Assembly (NCBI GenBank): GCA_046313635.1
Contig: JBKBYA010000001.1
Location: forward strand, 556,340 to 620,339
DNA length: 64,000 nucleotides
Reading direction: 5' to 3'
Source: Pyrinomonadaceae bacterium
GTDB lineage: Bacteria; Acidobacteriota; Blastocatellia; Pyrinomonadales; Pyrinomonadaceae
Position numbers and translations under genes: made by a program. The stretch's first letter is position 1; each line of letters starts with the position of its first letter. A model generated the notes under the pieces. It was not told where the DNA came from. It saw only the letters and a list, made by a program, of their open reading frames with translations, and did no database searches. This document shows positions 60,109 through 64,000 of the stretch, piece after piece.

Positions 60109-61125
60109 ATGAGCGAGAAGGCAAAGGATAAACCGGCATCTGCCGAGCTGCGGGCAGACGTACCTGCGGCGTTCGATATAGCAGCGGCCGACCTGCCGTC
60201 GTCGCCGACGCGCCGCCTGAGGGTGCCGGAGCCGGACGCCGGTCTTTCGCTCTCGCCGCTCGAGGCTCCGGCCGAGGCTTCACCGATCTTCAAAGAGCTC
60301 GCCGAACCCAAGCTGCCTAAACTCGCCAGGGCCGACCGCGCTCGGCTGCTGCTGCAGTCGCCGACGCGTCTCTACTTTTACTGGTCGCTTGCCGACGATC
60401 CATTCCGGCGGCTGAAGCGGTTGTTTGGTGATAATTCGGCAAACTACACGCTCGTCCTTAAGCTGGTCGAGCTCGGCAGCGAGCGCGAGGAGCTGCATCA
60501 GGTCGACGCCGAGGGGTCGTGGTGGTTCAGCGTCATGCCCGACGCCGAATACCGCGCCGAACTCGGGCTCTATTCGCCAAGCCGCCCGTATATCCGGATC
60601 TTGTTTTCAAACGTCGTCGAAACACCGCGGAGGTCGCCGTCGCCGCGCTCGGCCGACGAAGCGCGCTGGAGCGTCTCGACGCCGGAATTTGCAGGCGTGC
60701 TCGGCGCGGCCGGCTTCACGTCGGACGCGATCGAGGCGGCGGAGGCGTCGGGATTCACGGGCAGCGGCTTTGCGCGCGAGGCGTTTGCGGCGATGATCGG
60801 CGTCGACGAGCGAAGTCTCGGTCTCGTCGCCGACGACGAGCTCCGCTTCGTACTGTCTTCGCTCGCCGCGGGCGTGCCGCTCGAGTCTTTGAAATGGCGG
60901 ATCGGCGCCGAGCTTTTCGATCTGCTGCAGGCCAATTTTGCGGCGGTGCGAAACAGCGAGGCCCTCGCGCCGTTAGCCGATGCGGCCGTCACGGAGTTTG
61001 ACGAATTCGAGTTTGTTCACGATCGGGCCTTCGGCTCGAGCCTGATCAACTTTCCCAAACGTTTTCGCCGTCGTCGGGGCGCTCCCGGACGCTACCGACC
61101 GGTAAGCTCGTCCGACGTGCGCTAG
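60109..61125 (+). CDS. DUF4912-domain protein
   Basis: LLLQSP..LYFYW, SWWF, Y.AELG, SNVVETPR; precedes a GH57 gene. Confidence 0.75.
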   Translation: MSEKAKDKPASAELRADVPAAFDIAAADLPSSPTRRLRVPEPDAGLSLSPLEAPAEASPIFKELAEPKLPKLARADRARLLLQSPTRLYFYWSLADDPFRRLKRLFGDNSANYTLVLKLVELGSEREELHQVDAEGSWWFSVMPDAEYRAELGLYSPSRPYIRILFSNVVETPRRSPSPRSADEARWSVSTPEFAGVLGAAGFTSDAIEAAEASGFTGSGFAREAFAAMIGVDERSLGLVADDELRFVLSSLAAGVPLESLKWRIGAELFDLLQANFAAVRNSEALAPLADAAVTEFDEFEFVHDRAFGSSLINFPKRFRRRRGAPGRYRPVSSSDVR

Positions 61126-61182
61126 CTCGGGCCGCCGCAGCGCGAGCGGCGGCGCTCATAAGATCTGATATCGAATTCACTC

Positions 61183-62829
61183 ATGCCGATCGGCTACTTC
61201 AGCCTTGTCCTGCACGCACATCTGCCGTTCGTACGGCATCCGGAATATCCCGAGTTCCTCGAAGAGGATTGGCTCTACGAGGCGATAACCGAGGTCTACC
61301 TGCCTCTCATCTTCATCTTTCAGAATCTGTACGAGGCCGGTGCCGCGCCGCGGCTCGCGATCAACGTCTCGCCGCCGCTGTGCGAGATGCTCACCGACCC
61401 GCTCCTGCAGGCGCGCTATACGCGGCATCTCGAGAATCTCCTCGAGCTCGCGCAGAAAGAGGTCGAGCGGACCGCCCGCGAAGAACCCGAGTTCTGCGAC
61501 GTCGCGCGAATGTACGTCGAAAATCTTTCGGGCGCGCTGCGTCTCTGGAATGAACGCTGCGGCCGCGATCTCGTCAATGCGTTCCGCGAGCTGCAGGAAG
61601 TGGGCGTGCTCGAGATCATCACCTGCGGCGCGACGCACGGCTTCTTGCCGCTGATCTCGACCGACGAGGCGCGGCGGGCGCAGATCGAGGTCGCGGTCGC
61701 CAACTACAAAAAGCACTTTGGCCGCCAGCCGCGCGGCATCTGGCTCCCCGAGTGCGCGTACGAGCCCGGCGTCGAAGACCTGCTCAAGGCGGCGGGCATC
61801 GAGTACTTCATATCCGACACGCATGCCATCCTGTACGGCGACCCGCGGCCTAAATTCGGCGTCCACGCTCCGGTCGTGTGCCCTAACGGCGTCGCCGTCT
61901 TTGCACGCGACGTCGAGACCAGCCAGCAGGTCTGGAGCTCGGAGATCGGCTATCCCGGCAACGAACTGTATCGCGAGTTCTATCGCGATATCGGTTGGGA
62001 CCTGCCGCTCGATTATCTCAAGCCGCACCTGCACGCCGACGCCAGCCGCCGGCATCTCGGCCTTAAATATCACCGCATCACGGGCCGCAGCGTGCCGCAG
62101 CAGCAAAAGCGGCCCTACGACCCGTCTCTAGCGCGGGAGAAAGCCGCCGAGCACGCCTCGCATTTTGTCGGCGAGCGCATCAAGCAGGCGTACAGGCTGC
62201 GCGAGGCGCTGGGCGGGCATGCTCCGCTGGTCGTCTCGCCGTACGACGCCGAGCTGTACGGCCACTGGTGGTTTGAGGGGCCGCAATTCCTGGATTTCCT
62301 TTTCAGAAAGCTCCATTACGACCAGGCCGAGGTCGCCGCGATCACGCCTGGCGACTTTCTCGATTCGGGCACGGCGATCCAGGTGCAGCAGCCGACGACC
62401 TCGAGCTGGGGCGAGAACGGGTATTTCACCGTCTGGCTCAACGAAGGAAACTCGTGGATGTATCCGTACCAGCACGACGCCGAACGAAAGATGACCGAGT
62501 GCGCCGACAAATTTGCGGGTGCGGCGGCGACGCGTGCGGGCGACGGCTCGCCGAACGTCGTGTCGCGGATACTCGATCAAATGGCCCGCGAGCTGCTGCT
62601 GGCCCAGTCGAGCGACTGGGCGTTCCAGATCTATCAGGGCACGACGGTCGAGTATTCGTCGCGGAGGTTTCAGGCCCACATTCACCGCTTTGACCTCTTG
62701 TACAAAATGCTTGTCGAGGACGGTGCCCGTCTGACGGCCGAACAGCTCGAGCTCCTCACCGAGATCGAATCTCGCGACAACCTGTTCAGCGAGATAGATC
62801 ACACCGTCTATCGCAGCGAACGTACTTGA
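61183..62829 (+). CDS. GH57 1,4-alpha-glucan branching enzyme (DUF1957)
   Basis: [44 protein letters not shown]. Confidence 0.93.
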   Translation: MPIGYFSLVLHAHLPFVRHPEYPEFLEEDWLYEAITEVYLPLIFIFQNLYEAGAAPRLAINVSPPLCEMLTDPLLQARYTRHLENLLELAQKEVERTAREEPEFCDVARMYVENLSGALRLWNERCGRDLVNAFRELQEVGVLEIITCGATHGFLPLISTDEARRAQIEVAVANYKKHFGRQPRGIWLPECAYEPGVEDLLKAAGIEYFISDTHAILYGDPRPKFGVHAPVVCPNGVAVFARDVETSQQVWSSEIGYPGNELYREFYRDIGWDLPLDYLKPHLHADASRRHLGLKYHRITGRSVPQQQKRPYDPSLAREKAAEHASHFVGERIKQAYRLREALGGHAPLVVSPYDAELYGHWWFEGPQFLDFLFRKLHYDQAEVAAITPGDFLDSGTAIQVQQPTTSSWGENGYFTVWLNEGNSWMYPYQHDAERKMTECADKFAGAAATRAGDGSPNVVSRILDQMARELLLAQSSDWAFQIYQGTTVEYSSRRFQAHIHRFDLLYKMLVEDGARLTAEQLELLTEIESRDNLFSEIDHTVYRSERT

Positions 62830-62914
62830 GCTCGGTCTGTATTTTCGCCGGCGATTTGTTATACTCGGGTTGTTTTTCTCCTCAATTTTTGGCAAGGGTG
62901 TTGGGCAAGGGGCA

Positions 62915-64000
62915 ATGGTCGACAATTCGGGGCCGGACGTCGAAGGCGGAACAGAAGGCTTAAATACAACTCTCGAAGGCGTCCGTCCCGACGAACTGGC
63001 GAGCGGCTGGCTGGCGGCGATCATCGAATCTGCGGATGACGCGATCATAAGCAAGACGCTCGACGGGATCATTACAAGCTGGAACGGTGCCGCTCAGCGC
63101 ATCTTTGGATACTCTGCCGAAGAGATAGTCGGCAAACCGATACTCACCCTCATCCCGGCCGAACTCCACAGCGAAGAAGACGTCATTCTCGCCAACATCC
63201 GTGCCGGCCGGCGCGTCGAGCATTACGAGACCATCCGCCGCCGCAAGGACGGCAAGCTGATCGACGTCTCGCTCACGATCTCTCCGATCAAGACGTCTGA
63301 CGGCCGCATCGTCGGAGCTTCAAAGATCGCCCGCGAGATCACGCATCGAAAGCTCGCCGAGGCTCGTCTCAAGGAGCAGACCGAAACTCTCGAGACCATC
63401 AACCGCATCGGGCGTCTGCTCTCGGCCGAGCTCGATCAGGACAAGCTCGTTCAGTCGCTGACGGATGCGGCCACCGAGCTGACCGGCGCCGAGTTCGGAG
63501 CTTTCTTTTACAACGTGATCGACAACAAAGGCGAGTCGTATATGCTCTATACGCTCTCGGGCATTCCGCGGGAGGCGTTTGAGAATTTTCCGATGCCGAG
63601 GGCCACAGGACTCTTTGGGCCGACCTTCCGCGGCGAGGGAACGATCCGTCTCGATAACGTGCGCGAAGACCCGCGCTACGGCAAGAATCCGCCTTACAAG
63701 GGAATGCCCGAGGGCCATCTGCCCGTGAAGAGCTATTTGGCGGTGCCGGTCGTCTCGCGATCTGGCGAGGTGATCGGCGGGCTGTTTTTCGGCCATTCAA
63801 AGCCGGCGATGTTTACCGAGCGGCACGAGCGCATAATGGAGGGGCTGGCCGCGCAGACGGCCGTCGCGATGGACAATGCACGGCTGTGGGAGCGCGCGCA
63901 GAATGCGATCCGCGACCGCGAGGAGCTGCTCGAGCGCGAGCAGGCCGCGCGGCACGACGCCGAGGTCGCCAGCCGTTCAAAGGACGAGTTTCTGGGTATG
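62915..64000 (+). CDS. PAS-GAF sensor histidine kinase (truncated by window end)
   Basis: Open frame to the end of the window: [21 protein letters not shown] (PAS), [20 protein letters not shown] (GAF), SRSKDEFL (start of H-box). Confidence 0.9.
   Translation, partial: MVDNSGPDVEGGTEGLNTTLEGVRPDELASGWLAAIIESADDAIISKTLDGIITSWNGAAQRIFGYSAEEIVGKPILTLIPAELHSEEDVILANIRAGRRVEHYETIRRRKDGKLIDVSLTISPIKTSDGRIVGASKIAREITHRKLAEARLKEQTETLETINRIGRLLSAELDQDKLVQSLTDAATELTGAEFGAFFYNVIDNKGESYMLYTLSGIPREAFENFPMPRATGLFGPTFRGEGTIRLDNVREDPRYGKNPPYKGMPEGHLPVKSYLAVPVVSRSGEVIGGLFFGHSKPAMFTERHERIMEGLAAQTAVAMDNARLWERAQNAIRDREELLEREQAARHDAEVASRSKDEFLGM

Overview
GC-rich bacterial chromosomal window, probably Acidobacteriota/Blastocatellia (inferred from gene content and FG-GAP-tailed secreted proteins; not verified). 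It carries an Rrf2-led SUF Fe-S operon (sufB, sufC, sufD, sufS, sufU) with accessory genes in every gap, plus polysaccharide/LPS genes, prmC, an Nfu-type carrier, an M16 peptidase pair, a POT transporter, ychF, dps, MscS, a partial PilN/PilO/pseudopilin cluster, an FHA-GGDEF cyclase, a GH57 enzyme and a truncated PAS-GAF kinase. Two things stand out. (1) A tRNA-Ile2(CAU) is split at position 33/34 by a 617-nt group I intron that carries an antisense HNH endonuclease ORF in its P1 loop. (2) A family of 'repeat-arm' cassettes occurs, in which short tandem repeats on the left and their reverse complements on the right enclose a GxxExxY nuclease gene, a four-helix-bundle gene, or nothing. Between sufD and sufS these form an array of four mini-units whose cores are internally deleted remnants of the adjacent GxxExxY gene. 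All calls come from reading the sequence by eye; no database searches were run.
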